Below, piece by piece: positions 1 through 13,243 of a stretch of DNA of 64,000 bases (positions within the stretch are counted from its first letter, which is position 1; every line of letters starts with the position of its first letter). Origin of the DNA: Tubulanus polymorphus (taxonomy: Eukaryota > Animalia > Nemertea); the NCBI RefSeq assembly GCF_964204645.1, contig NC_134032.1, forward strand, positions 12,884,275 to 12,948,274, written 5' to 3'. Under the pieces are notes generated by a model. The model saw only the letters and a program-made list of their open reading frames with translations, had not been told where the DNA came from and did no database searches. The position numbers were made by a program, and so were the translations under genes.

Positions 1-3000
1 CACAGAAGAGTCCAGCTAGAAATCAGCAAGTCACCTAAAATCTACCAATGAGGTCATCCCATAGAAGAGTCCAGCTAAAGAATCAACGAGTCATCTAAAA
101 ACTACCAATGAGATCATCCCACAGAAGAGTCCAGCTAAAAAATCAACGAGTCATCTAAAATCTACCAATGAGATCATCCCACAGAAGAATCCAGCTAGAA
201 ATCAACGATTCATCTAAAATCTACCAATGAGATCGTCCCACAGAAGAGTCCAGCTAGAAGTCAATGAGTCATCTAAAGTCTTGCAATGAGATCATCCCCC
301 AAAAGAGTCCAGCTAAAAATCAACGAGTCACCTAAAACCTACCAATGAGATCACCCAACAAATGAGTCCAGCTAGAAATCAACGAGTCACCTAAAAACTA
401 CCGATGAGATCATCTCCCAAAAGAGTCCAGCTAGAAATCAACTAGTCACCTATAATCCACTGATGACATCATCCCCCAAAATCAACGAGTCACCTAAAAA
501 CTACCAATGAGATCATCCCACAGAAGAGTCGTCCCACAGAAGAGTCATCTAAAATCTACCAATGAGATCATCCAGCAAGAGTCCAGCTAGAAATCAGCGA
601 GTCATCTAAAAACAACTAAGAAGATTCCGGCAGATATTGAACCTAGCAATCTCGAAAGGTAAGTTGATATACATTGAAATCATTGTGATTAATGCTTTAT
701 GAAATATTCTGTGACTACGATATCTCCTTTTACCCTTCTCAGCTAATGTCATCTATAACGCAAGAGCCCAGCTAAGAATCAACAAGTCACCTAAAAACTA
801 CCAATGAGATCATCCCACAAAAGAGTCCAGCTAGAAATCAACGTGTCGTCTAAAATCTATTAATGATATCATCCCACAGAAGAGTCCAGCTTGAAAATCA
901 ACGAGTCACCTAAAAACTACCGATGAGATCATCCCCCAAAAGAGTCCAGCTAAAAATGAACGAGTCATCTAAAATCTACCAATGAGATCATCCCACAGAA
1001 GAATCCAGCTAGAAATCAACGAGTCATCTAAAATCTACCAATGAGATCGTCCCACAGAAGAGTCCAGCTAGAAGTCAACGAGTCATCTAAAGTCTTGCAA
1101 TGAGATCATCCCCCAAAAGAGTCCAGCTAAAAATCAACGAGTCACCTAAAACCTACCAATGAGATCACCCAACAAAAGAGTCCAGCTAGAAATCAACGAG
1201 TCACCTAAAAACTACCGATGAGATCATCTCCCAAAAGAGTCCAGCTAGAAATCAACTAGTCACCTATAATCCACTGATGACATCATCCCCCAAAATCAAC
1301 GAGTCACCTAAAAACTACCAATGAGATCATCCCACAGAAGAGTCGTCCCACAGAAGAGTCCAGCTAGAAATCAACGAGTCATCTAAAATCTACCAATGAG
1401 ATCATCCAGCAAGAGTCCAGCTAGAAATCAGCGAGTCATCTAAAAACAACTAAGAAGATTCCGGCAGATATTGAACCTAGCAATCTCGAAAGGTAAGTTG
1501 ATATACATTGAAATCATTGTGATTAATGCTTTATGAAATATTCTGTGACTACGATATCTTCTTTTACCCTTCTCAGCTAATGTCATCTATAACGCAAGAG
1601 CCCAGCTAAGAATCAACAAGTCACCTAAAAACTACCAATGAGATCATCCCACAAAAGAGTCCAGCTAGAAATCAACGTGTCGTCTAAAATCTATTAATGA
1701 TATCATCCCACAGAAGAGTTTAGCTGGAAAATCAACGAGTCACCTAAAAACTACCAACGAGATCATCCCCCAAAAGAGTCCAGCTAAAAATGAACGAGTC
1801 ATCTAAAATCTACCAATGAGATCATCCCACAGAAGAGTCCAGCTACAAATCAACGAGTCATCTAAAAACTACCGATGAGATCATCCCACAGAAGAGTCCA
1901 GCTAGAAATCAACATAGTCATCTAATGACAACTAAGAAGATTCCAACAGATATTGAACCCTGCAATCTCGAAAGGTAAGTTGATTTACATTGACATCATT
2001 ATGATTAATGCTTTATGAAATATTCTGTGACTACGAAATCTTCTTCTACCCTTCTCAGCTAAATGTCATCTATAACGGATGAGTCCAGCTAGAAATCAAC
2101 GAGTCACCTAAAAACTACCCATGAGATCATCCTCCAAAAGAGTCCAGCTAGAAATCAACGAGTTATCTAAAACAACTAAGAAGATTCCAGCAGTTATTGA
2201 CCCAGAAATCTTGAAAGGTAAGTTGATATTCATCGAAATCATAATGATTAATGCTTTATGAAAAATTCTGTGATTACGATATCATCTATTACCCATCTCC
2301 GCTAAATGTCATCTATAACGCAGGAGCCCAGCTAGAAATCAACGAGAGCTGCCTAAAATCTACCAATGAGATCAGCCCACAGAAGAGTCCAGCTAGAAAT
2401 CAGCGAGTCATCTAAAAACAACTAAGAAGATTCCAGCAGATATTGAACCCAGCAATCTCGAAAGGTAAGTTGATATACATTGAAATCATTGTGATTAATG
2501 CTTTACAAAATATTCTGTGACTACGATATCTTCTTTTACTTTTCTCAGTTAATATCATCTATAACGCAAGAGCCCAGCTAAGAATCAACAAGTCACCTAA
2601 AAACTACCCATGAGATCATCCCACAAAAGAGTCCAGCTACAAATCAACGAGTCATCTAAAAACTACCGATGAGATCATCCCACAGAAGAGTCGAGCTACA
2701 AATCAACATAGTCATCGAATGACAACTAAGAAGATTCCAGCAGATATTGACCCAGCAATCGCGAAAGGTAAGTTGATATACATTGAAATCATATTGATTA
2801 ATGCTTTATGAAATATTCTGTGATTACGATATCATCTATTACCCATCTCAGCTAAATGTCAACTATAACGCAGGAGCCCAGCTAGAAATCAATGAGAGCC
2901 ACCTAAAATCTACCGATGAGATCAGCCCACAGAAGAGTCCAGCTAGAAATCAACGAGTCTTCTAAGATCTACCAATGAGATCATCCAGCAAAAGAGTCCA

Positions 3001-6000
3001 GCTAGAAATCAACGAGTCATCTAAAAACAACTAAGAAGATTCCAGCAGATATTGAACCCAGCAATCTCGAAAGGTAAGTTGATATACATTGAAATCATTG
3101 TGATAAATGCTTTATGAAATATTCTGTGACTACGATATCTTCTTTTAACCATCTCAGCTAAATGTCATCTATAACGCAAGAGCCCAGCTAGAAATCAACG
3201 AGTCACCTAAAAACTACCGATGAGATCTTCCCCCAAGAAGTCCAGCTAGAAATCAACGTGTCATCTAAAATCTACCAATGAGATCATCCCACAGAAGAGT
3301 CCAGCTAGAAATCAACGAGTCACCTAAAATCTACCAAGGAGATCATCCCCCAAAAGAGTCCAGCTTGAAATCAATGAGTCATCTAAAATCTACCAATGAG
3401 ATCATCCCACAGAAGAGTCCAGCTACAAATCAACAAGTCATCTAAAAACTACCGATGAGATCATCCCACAGAAGAGTCCAGCTAGAAATCAACATAGTCA
3501 TCTAATGACAACTAAGAAGATTCCAGCAGATATTGAACCCAGCAATCTCGAAAGGTAAGTTGATTTACATTGAAATCATTATGATTAATGCTTTATGAAA
3601 TATTCTGTGACTACAATATCTTCTTCTACCCTTCTCAGCTAAATGTCATCTATAACGCAAGAGCCCAGCTAGAAATAAACGAGTCACCTAAAAACTACCG
3701 ATGAGATCATCCTCCAAAAGAGTCCAGCTAGAAATCAACGAGTCATCTAAAATCCACCGATGAGATCATCCCCCAAAAGAGTCCAGCTAGAAATCAACGA
3801 GTTACCTAAGAACTACCAATGAGATCATCCCCCTGAAGAGTCTAGCTAGAAATCAACATAGTCATCCAAAAACAACTAAGAAGATTCCAGCAGATATTGA
3901 CCCAGAAATCTCGAAAGGTAGGTTGATATACATTGAAATCATTGTGATTAATGCTTTATGAAATATTCTGTGACTACGACATCTTCTTTTACACTTCTCA
4001 GCTAAATGTCATCTATAACGCAAGAGCCCAGCTACCTAAAAACAACTAAGAAGATTCCAGCAGATATTGAACCCAGCAATCTCAAAAGGTAAGTTGATTA
4101 CATTGAAATCATAATAATTAATGCTTTATAAAATATGCTGTGACTACGATATCTTCTTTTACCCATCTCAGCTAAATGTCATCTATAACGCAAGAGCCCA
4201 GCTAGAAATCAACGAGTCACCTAAAAACTACCGATGAGATCTTCCCCCAAGAAGTCCAGCTAGAAATCAACGTGTCATCTAAAATCTACCAATGAGATCA
4301 TCCCACAGAAGAGTCCAGCTAGAAATCAACGAGTCACCTAAAATCTACCAAGGAGATCATCCCCCAAAAGAGTCCTGCTTGAAATCAATGAGTCATCTAA
4401 AATCTACCAATGAGATCATCCCACAGAAGAGTCCTGCTACAAATCAACAAGTCATCTAAAAACTACCGATGAGATCATCCCACAGAAGAGTCCAGCTAGA
4501 AATCAACATAGTCATCTAATGACAACTAAGAAGATTCCAGCAGAAATTGAACCCAGCAATCTCGAAAGGTAAGTTGATTTACATTGAAATCATTATGATT
4601 AATGCTTTATGAAATATTCTGTGACTACAATATTTTCTTTTACCCTTCTCAGCTAAATGTCATCTATAACGCAAGAGCCCAGCTAGAAATAAACGAGTCA
4701 CCTAAAAACTACCGATGAGATCATCCTCCAAAAGAGTCCAGCTAGAAATCAACGAGTCATCTAAAATCCACCGATGAGATCATCCCCCAAAAGAGTCCAG
4801 CTAGAAATCAACGAGTCACCTAAAAACTACCAATGAGATCATCCCCCTGAAGAGTCTAGCTAGAAATCAACATAGTCATCCAAAAACAACTAAGAAGATT
4901 CCAGCAGATATTGACCCAGAAATCTCGAAAGGTATGTTGATATACATTGAAATCATTGTGATTAATGCTTTATGAAATATTCTGTGACTACGACATCTTC
5001 TTTTACCCTTCTCAGCTAAATGCCATCTATAACGCAAGAGCCCAGCTACCTAAAAACAACTAAGAAGATTCCAGCAGATATTGAACCCAGCAATCTCAAA
5101 AGGTAAGTTGATTACATTGAAATCATAATAATTAATGCTTTATAAAATATGCTGTGACTACGATATCTTCTTTTACCCATCTCAGCTAAATGTCATCTAT
5201 AACGCAAGAGCCCAGCTAGAAATCAATGAGTCACCTAAAGACTACTGATAAGATCATCCCCCAAAAGAGTCCAGCTAGAAATCAACAAGTCATCCAAAAT
5301 CTACCAACGAGATCATCCCCCAAAAGAGTCCACCTAGAAATCAACGAGTCATCTCAAAATAATCTACCAATGAGATCATCCCCCAAAAGACTCCAGCTAG
5401 AAATCAACGAGTCACCTAAAAACTACCAATGAGATCATCCCACAGAAGTGTCCAGCTAGAAATCAACGAGTCATCTTAAAACAACTAAGAAGCTTCCAGC
5501 AGATATTGAACCCAGCAATCTCGAAAGGTAAGTTGATATACATTGAAATCATATTGATTAATGCTTTATGAAATATTCTGTGACTACGATATCTTCTATT
5601 ACCCATCTCAGTTAAATGTCATCTATAACTCAAGAGCCCAGCTAGAAATCAACAAGTCACCTAAAATTTCCCGATAAGATCATCCCCCAAAAGAGTCCAG
5701 CTAGAAATCAACGAGTCATCTAAAATTTACCAATGAGATCAGCCCACAGAAGAGTCCAGCTAGAAATTAACGAGTCATCTAAAAACAACTAAGAAGATGC
5801 AAGCAGATATTGAACCCAGCAATCTCGAAAGGTAAGTTGATATACATTGAAATCATTATGATTACCGTAATGCTTTATGAAATATTCTGTGACTACAATA
5901 TCTTCTTTTAACCCATCTCAGCTAAATGTCATCTATAACGCAAGAGCCCAGCTAGAAATCAACGAGTCGCCTAAAATCTACCAATGAGATCATCCCCCAA

Positions 6001-7260
6001 AAGAGTCCAGCTAGAAATCAACGAATCATCTAAAATCTACCAATGAGATCATCCTACAGAAGAGTTCAGCTAGAAATCAACGAGTCATCTCAAAATAATC
6101 TACCAATGAGATCATCCCCCAAAAGAGTCCAGCTAGAAATCAACGAGTCACCTAAAAACTACCGATGAGATCATCCCCCAAAAGAGTCCAGCTTGAATTT
6201 AACTCATCAGCCTACTTGAAGATCCGGTCGATATTGAACCCAGTAATCTTGAAAGGTAAGCTGATTTTTATGGAAATTATTGTTATTAATTCTTATTGAA
6301 ATATTGTGTGATTACAGGATATCTTCTTTTACTACTTTCAGCTGAATACCAACTATATGAATGAGCCCAGCTGGAGATCAACGTGTCATCTATTATGGCA
6401 ATTATTATGATTCATTTTTAAATGAAATATTTTCTATTTACAGGTTATCTTCCTTTACTCATTTCAGCTAAAGCTTATCTATAAGAAAGAGCTCAGCTTG
6501 AGATCAACTAGTCACCTAGAATATACTGATGAGAACAGCCCACCTCGAATTGAACTCAATCTACTTGTCCTGACCAATACTGAATGTCATCTATGAGAAA
6601 GACCCCATCTTGGCATCCAAGAGTCATCATAAACTACCGACAAGAACAGCCCACATACGAATCCAACTTGAGACAAGAACAGCCCACAGACGAATCCAAC
6701 TTGAGACAAGAACAGCCCACAGACGAATCCAACTTGCGACAAGAACTGCCCACAGACGAATCCAACTTGTGACAAGAACAGCCCACAGACGAATCCAACA
6801 TGGGACAAGATCAGCCCACAGAAGAATCCAACTTGAATTTAACCCACTAACCAAGCACTGAAAAGATCCAACTCGATATTAAACCCAGCAAACCTTTAAA
6901 AGGTAAATTGATATACATGGAAATGGTTATGATTAATGCTATATGAAGAATCGTGTGATAACAGGATATCTTCTTTTATTGGTTTCAGCTAAATCACATC
7001 TATAATGAAAAAACCCAGCTTGAGATCAACGTTTCATCTAATACCTACCACATAGAACGGCCCGCAGATGAATCAAACTCATTAACCAATTTGAAATATC
7101 CTAACAGATACTGAACCCAGTAATCTTGAAAGGTAAACTGATATACATGGAAATGGTTTTGCTGCTATACTAATTACTGCTATATCAAGAATTGTGTGAT
7201 AACAGGATATCTTCTTTTATTCATTTCAGCCAAGTCTTATCTATGAGAATTAACCTAGCT
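1..7260 (+). repeat. Complex tandem array of ~59-60-bp monomers with 18 interspersed ~84-bp intron-like units (continues beyond window start)
   Basis: Monomer GAGATCATCCCACAGAAGAGTCCAGCTAGAAATCAACGAGTCATCTAAAATCTACCAAT repeats dozens of times. The recurring AAAG|GTAAGT...pyrimidine tract-CAG unit has donors at 659, 1493, 1975, 2218, 2465, 2768, 3074, 3555, 3918, 4089, 4569, 4932, 5103, 5528, 5832, 6256, 6903 and 7133. Higher-order periods of ~834 and ~1014 bp are visible. Confidence 0.95.
6638..6835 (+). repeat. 33-bp minisatellite (~6 copies) within the diverged end of the array
   Basis: ACAAGAACAGCCCACAGACGAATCCAACTTGAG units; these explain the repetitive ORFs at 6584-6861. Confidence 0.9.
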
Positions 7261-7289
7261 TGAGATGAGAGTAATTAGTGCAAGGGCAA

Positions 7290-7495
7290 CAGGGACAATG
7301 CGTATCTTATAAACACTTATTCAGGAGCAGCAACGACAATGCGTACCGGTATCTTATAAACACTTATTCAGGAGCAGCAATGACTATGCGTATCTAATAA
7401 ACATTTATTCAGGAGCAGCAGAGACAGTGTGTATCTTATAAACACTTATCAGGAGCAGCACAGACAATGTGTATCTTATAAACACTTATTCGGAT
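7290..7495 (+). repeat. ~41-bp minisatellite (~5 copies)
   Basis: GTATCTTATAAACACTTATTCAGGAGCAGCAACGACAATGC units. Confidence 0.9.
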
Positions 7496-9489
7496 TATCC
7501 TATAAAACCTGGATTAAGGAACAACAGAGACAAAAGTAAATCTCATAAACGCTAATTTAGGAGCAGCAACAGGAGACTTCATAAAATAGTAAAGTATTGA
7601 TTATTTTTACATATCGCCCTTTCCAAACTTGGGTTTACAAGATTTATTCATGGCAGTCTATTTGGAGAGGCGGATTAGATTTGAGAAAATAAGCTTTTTC
7701 AAGTTAAATATGAAAATTGAAGTTAGATAATTAGGGTTCTGTAGTCTTAGAAGGAACAATTTATGCTTGAATATTTCAATTAAATGACATCCTCCTAATT
7801 CTTTATATTAATTAGGCAAACTGTTTTCGATTTGTAAACAGATGAGTCATGTCCTTTGTTATGTGACAGAAAGTTCCTTCTTGGAGTCTCATAAAATCTA
7901 AGCTCCATTAATTCATGGTATTGATCGCGTTCAGCATCTCAGTTCAACTCGTAGGTCATTTGAAATACACTTAAACTGAGATATAATATCAACAGGATAG
8001 TTCAGATAATCTTCATCGTTAAACATAGCTTTGCATGATTTGTAATAATGTTATAGTTCATTGGTGTTTATTCGATTAATCTTAGAAATAGTGATTCATT
8101 TTATATTTCCTGAGAGTGAAAATGATTTGCATAGCCTAAATGCTCAAAAGGGAGAGCGTAGTCAGTTAAACGGCTTCACCTTTAATTTGGTACGTAATTA
8201 GTTCGGACTCCTGAACTCGCCCGGCAAGTTTATGGGCTTTGAATGAGGATGTTTTAAAAATGAAGCCTTGACCAAAAAGTGAAGGGCCAGAGGCCTTCAG
8301 CACAAACTGGCTACGCCCTCGAATAGCATCACGTAGTTAAGAAAAACATAGACTATAATGTTAGGCAGTGTTCTGTGTACAAATAATAATACCAAACTGT
8401 TGGTATGTATTTTTTGATGGCATTAACTTTTTTCGATGTGCCATAAAAGCGATTTCATTAATGAATCTAATATCTCGGATTTTTACATAGTTTTATCATT
8501 GAGCTTCCATGTAGATTATCATAGCTAGGTATATGAAAACTTATATAAGAGACGTTTAGCTAGGATTAATGTAATATAAATAATAAAAGATAATGGCCAG
8601 CAATAATTTTGAACGTTTTAATTTTGTTTATAGCTGTTTTGACTTCTTTCATTATCATCCATATCATAAGGTTGAGTGGCTTTCAATGATCACTTAACTT
8701 CAAATCAGGGTGTTTTATAACAAACGATTATTTAGGTGCAGCAGTGAATTTGTAGCACTTCTTTAAAGTGAGCCCATAATTTCGCCAGTAAATTCCTGAT
8801 GATGTAGATAATAATAAATAGTACAAAATAAACAGTTTAAGATAATAAATTAAAAAATACAAATTACACAAAATAAATAATAAGAAAATACAAATAATAA
8901 AAAAATAGGCCTACAAATTACACAAAATATTTAAAAAAAAAAATAAAAATAATAAAAAAATACAAATTACATAACAAAATAAATAATTTAAAAAAAACTA
9001 AGTAATAAAAATAAATAAATAAACAAAACCAACAAACAATTAGTTAATATTAAATATAGGCCTTCATCATCAGGAATTTTTTCTTATCAACTTAATCTAA
9101 TTAGTAAAGGTTGTTCTTTCATCGAACAACCTTCTCCGTGTTTCCCAACCTCTTGAGATCTTTTCTGTTGTTATTTTAAGCGTTCTATCGGCTCAGTGAT
9201 AAACAAAACAAATAACAATAAACCTTAACTAAATCAAACACACAAATATCTGATTCGATAGAGTGCTTCAAATAACTGATGAAAGATCACCCGCCCAGTT
9301 ACCTATATCACACCCTTTCACTGCTGTTACTCTTGATTGTTTCAGGGCTAATATCTGGGAGATACATTTTACTCTTTTTATTTTACTCTTATTGAGAAAG
9401 AATGTTAAACAGCTATAAACATGATTAGTTATCGGTATTGAAATTATTGTCATGTTTTCCTTGAAATAACGTATCAAATGAATTAAATG

Positions 9490-10420
9490 AGCGAACTGAT
9501 GTTTGAAAATCTTTAGTTTAGACGACGGGAAGCAAAAATTCTAGTTTTCTTGTAAAAATGATGCTAATGAAAATGAAATTTAGAACGATAAGGTAATATT
9601 TCAAGCTTTCCAGAGTGAATTTGTAGGTTTTGTCTCTAGTTTAAATGCTTTTATGTTGAACTGTTTTTGAAATACAGTTCATGTGTTTGTTAATGAGGAA
9701 CATACATGGTGATTCCTCGAGTACATAAGAACCTGTCATTTAGGTGTAATTGTTGTCATGAGAATAAACAGTTCATGTTCATTATTCACGTTAAATCTTT
9801 TCAATCATTAAGTTTATAGCAACAATTTCACTGTTGGTGTTTTTCAGTGGTTCATGAAATAACGATTTGATTTCAAGGTCTCTTGATAAATGAGGATATC
9901 AGAACAGCGCGTTCTTGATCTCTTGTGGCGTCATTTGAATAGTTGATATGATATGATAGAATGCTCACTAAGTGTTGCATGATGACTTGGTGAATTCTTT
10001 GGTCAGTCTGATTACTCCAAGAAGGTAAATCGTCAAACTCAGGGTCTTACATTTCCTAAGTTCAATTGTCGGTATTTCATGGATCACAGATAACAATTCT
10101 TAGTGTGATTTACGATATGTTTGACTTGTAATTTTGTTATTTTCCCATTGATTCAAAGTGATAGTGGATGTATTTTTGTAGATAGATAATCTTGAAATAC
10201 TTTGTATGATATAACACTACATAGTGAATTCTTAAGTTAGTGATTTCGTTGTCGGAAAATCTAAGTCGTATAATAAAAGAATTGATAAAGTGTTTGAACG
10301 CATAGTGGTTAAAAACATTTTCTTTGGAGGATTGAATAATTTGAAAATCTTTTGGTGAAATTAATGTCGTTTGTTTGAATTTTAAGCATGATTGTAAGTA
10401 TCATCGATAGGCCTGAAATT
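9490..10420 (+). repeat. Diverged local duplication, copy 1 (copy 2 at ~11153-11998; fragment at ~12476-12540)
   Basis: Colinear shared blocks including AGCGAACTGAT, GTTGAACTGTTTTTGAAATACAGTTCA, TCGGTATTTCATGGATCA and AAAACATTTTCTTTGGAGGATTGAAT. Confidence 0.85.
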
Positions 10421-11152
10421 GTTTTGAGGATGATATCTGGCAGTTTGACTTTTTCAAAAAGAACAGGGTACCCTCATGCAATGATGCACGTAGAAAGATA
10501 GGATATTCTGCTAGAAAACAGAGGACCATAGCAAATAGATAGGACAAACTGTTTTTATACAGCAACCTGCTGCATCTGCAACCTTGGTTTACACACCTAA
10601 AAGTATCAAGATAAAACTTCAAGCTCAAGTTCGTATACGTCATATTTATCTCCAAATTGTTTGATGAAAGCAAGTATAATCCTCATCTTGCTAAGTTTCC
10701 CCTAATCCCACAATCATCGGGGAATTTGAAATCCTCTATCATGAGATTGGAACTTACCAGAGCAGATGCAGCAGAAAGATCTTAGTGTTGTGAAGAAGGG
10801 AATGTTTTGCTCGGGATAAAATGAAAAGAAATCAAAGAGATTCTTGCTATAATTGTTCAAAATAACCATAGAATTTCTACTGAAAGCATGTCAAGAATGT
10901 GAAAATGATGATAATATAGGAGTTTTAGCTTTTTGATAAATATAGGAAAATATAGGAGAATCTCATGAAAATAGGAAAATATAGGAATATGAAACTGGAG
11001 GATGCCCTGAAAGAATGTGAAACTGCCATAAACTTAAGTTGTCAATGATATTGATTAGTTAACGATAGTGTGATTATTTTGATGTTTTCAAAGCTGGAAG
11101 AAAAGAACACCAGCGAACTTTGTATTAAATGTGACATATGAGAAAAGAAAAT

Positions 11153-11998
11153 TAGCGAACTGATAATGTTTGGAAATCTTAGGTTAAGACAAGTTGAAGT
11201 TCTAGTAAAAATTATTAGTGAAAATAAAGTGTAACCGATAAGTTAATACAAAGCTTTCCTAATCAAATTTGTAGGTTTTATCTCTAGTTTTATTGCTTTT
11301 ACGTTGAACTGTTTTTGAAATACAGTTCACTTGTTTGTAAATGAGGAACTACATGATAATATTATGGTAATACATGTCATACATGTTCATTATAAAACGT
11401 CGATCGTTTTGTTCGAGGTTTATAGCAACAGTTTTTCTGTTGTGCTTTTCGTGGTTCATGAAATACCGATTTGATTTCAAGGTCCTCCTGTCGTAAATAG
11501 TCTTGCAGTTTCTTGATAATTGAGGATATATGAACCGAGTATCCTTGATCTATTTTGATGTCATTTGAATATTTTGATACCAATAATCAAATATGACTAA
11601 GTGTAGCCTGGTAACTAAGTGATTCAGGGTTTTAGATTTGCAATGTCCAATTATCGGTATTTCATGGATCAAAGATGACAATTCTTTGTGTTAGTTATAA
11701 TATTTTTGTGTAATTTTGTTATTTACCTATTGATTCAAATTGTATGAATCAGTTAAGAGTGGAAATGTTTTCGTAGATAAAATCCTCGAAATGCTTTGCA
11801 GAATATAACTGTTTGTGTTATCAAAAGTTAGTAATTTTGTGGTCGGAAAAATCTAACGCCATATAACTAAAGAACTTATGTTGAAAACATTTTCTTTGGA
11901 GGATTGAATGGTTTAGAATCTTAAGGTAAAATTAATGTAGTTTTTTTGAATTGAGTATGATAGAAATTATTATTATTATTATCAATAGGTCTGAAATA
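11153..11998 (+). repeat. Diverged local duplication, copy 2 of 9490-10420
   Basis: Same anchor blocks in the same order. Confidence 0.85.
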
Positions 11999-13243
11999 TC
12001 CACGCTCCGATTTCAGTTCCCACCTGATTCGGTTGATAAGTTATTGTCCAAGCTATGTGTCAGTCAAACTATATGTCCAAATGAAGATACTCAATTCATT
12101 CTAATCAGATATGTCAAAATAGTAAGTATTCAATGTAACATTTGAAAATATTAGTATGGAACTCTATGATGAGTTCTGTGATGTAAGTTGATAATGTGTG
12201 ATAGATAATTTCTCAAAGAAAGGCAAAGTTTGCAGAATTTAAGCTCTAGAAATGATAATTAGATTAAGAATGTTATGTAGACTGACTTATAGTTAATCTT
12301 ACGCTTTCCAGAGTAACTGGCCAGGCATATCTCTGGTTTTAGTGCGGGGAGCCATGAACTCTTTCTTGCATTTAGAGTCCATGGTTAGGCCAAAGACTTT
12401 TTTTGTTTTAGAGTCTATGGTTGGACCATGGGCGTATAAACTCTGATTAATAGTTTATACGTCCATGGTAGTTGGACTGTTTTTGAAACACAGTCCACGT
12501 GTTCGAGGAACTTATGTTATTTTCAATTACTCGAGCACTCACCTGGTATTCTGTTTATTTGTTATATTAAAATAAATATGATTGATTTTGAAATTTTTAT
12601 TCGTTTAGTTAAGTCTATAGCAACTCTTAACGTGGTTAGTTTACCAGTATCACCTAGTGGTTGTTTAAATTCAAATTTAGAGGATAGTAAAAGTCGCGGA
12701 ATTGGCGATCTTGGTGACATCAGTAGCCATGGACCAAAACAGGCTTTCAACATATTGCGACTTTGGCGGCAGCGCTGAGGCATGCGATGGGAGAGACTCC
12801 AGACCAGCACTCCACCACCAGGGCGAACTTCGTAGCTAGTCTAGTGGAACTAATAACCGTAGGCGCTATAGTTGGGTCTTAACGCATAAATCGACCATGC
12901 TCAATCCCGGTAGAGTATTTCAGGACCAATAATTCGGACTAACTGACAAACAGTCGACTATTAACTGTGATAACCGAAGTTCGCTCTAAACTGCCGCAGA
13001 ACGGAATAGATTGCTGAAACGACGCTTCTTCGATTTTACAAATGATCAATACCATTTCAGCTCCCTCCATTACAGAAAACAAACATAATCGACACTGAAA
13101 TATATGAATGCTAATCTTTTATTTATTTACAAATCGTTCGAAAGCAATTCGACCTGTATCGCATGAAATTTCATTCTCTTTCAGAACTGATCCTTGTTTA
13201 TTAATCAAGTTTTTTTTTTCTAGAAAATACGGGCACGAATGAT

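Noticed and set aside
659-742. Intron units as C/D snoRNA hosts
   Set aside because: No proper RTGATGA/CTGA pair with a terminal stem, and the introns are too short.
1-6200. CRISPR array or repetitive protein-coding gene
   Set aside because: No unique spacers and a eukaryotic context; the monomer has stops in all frames and a variable 59/60-bp length.
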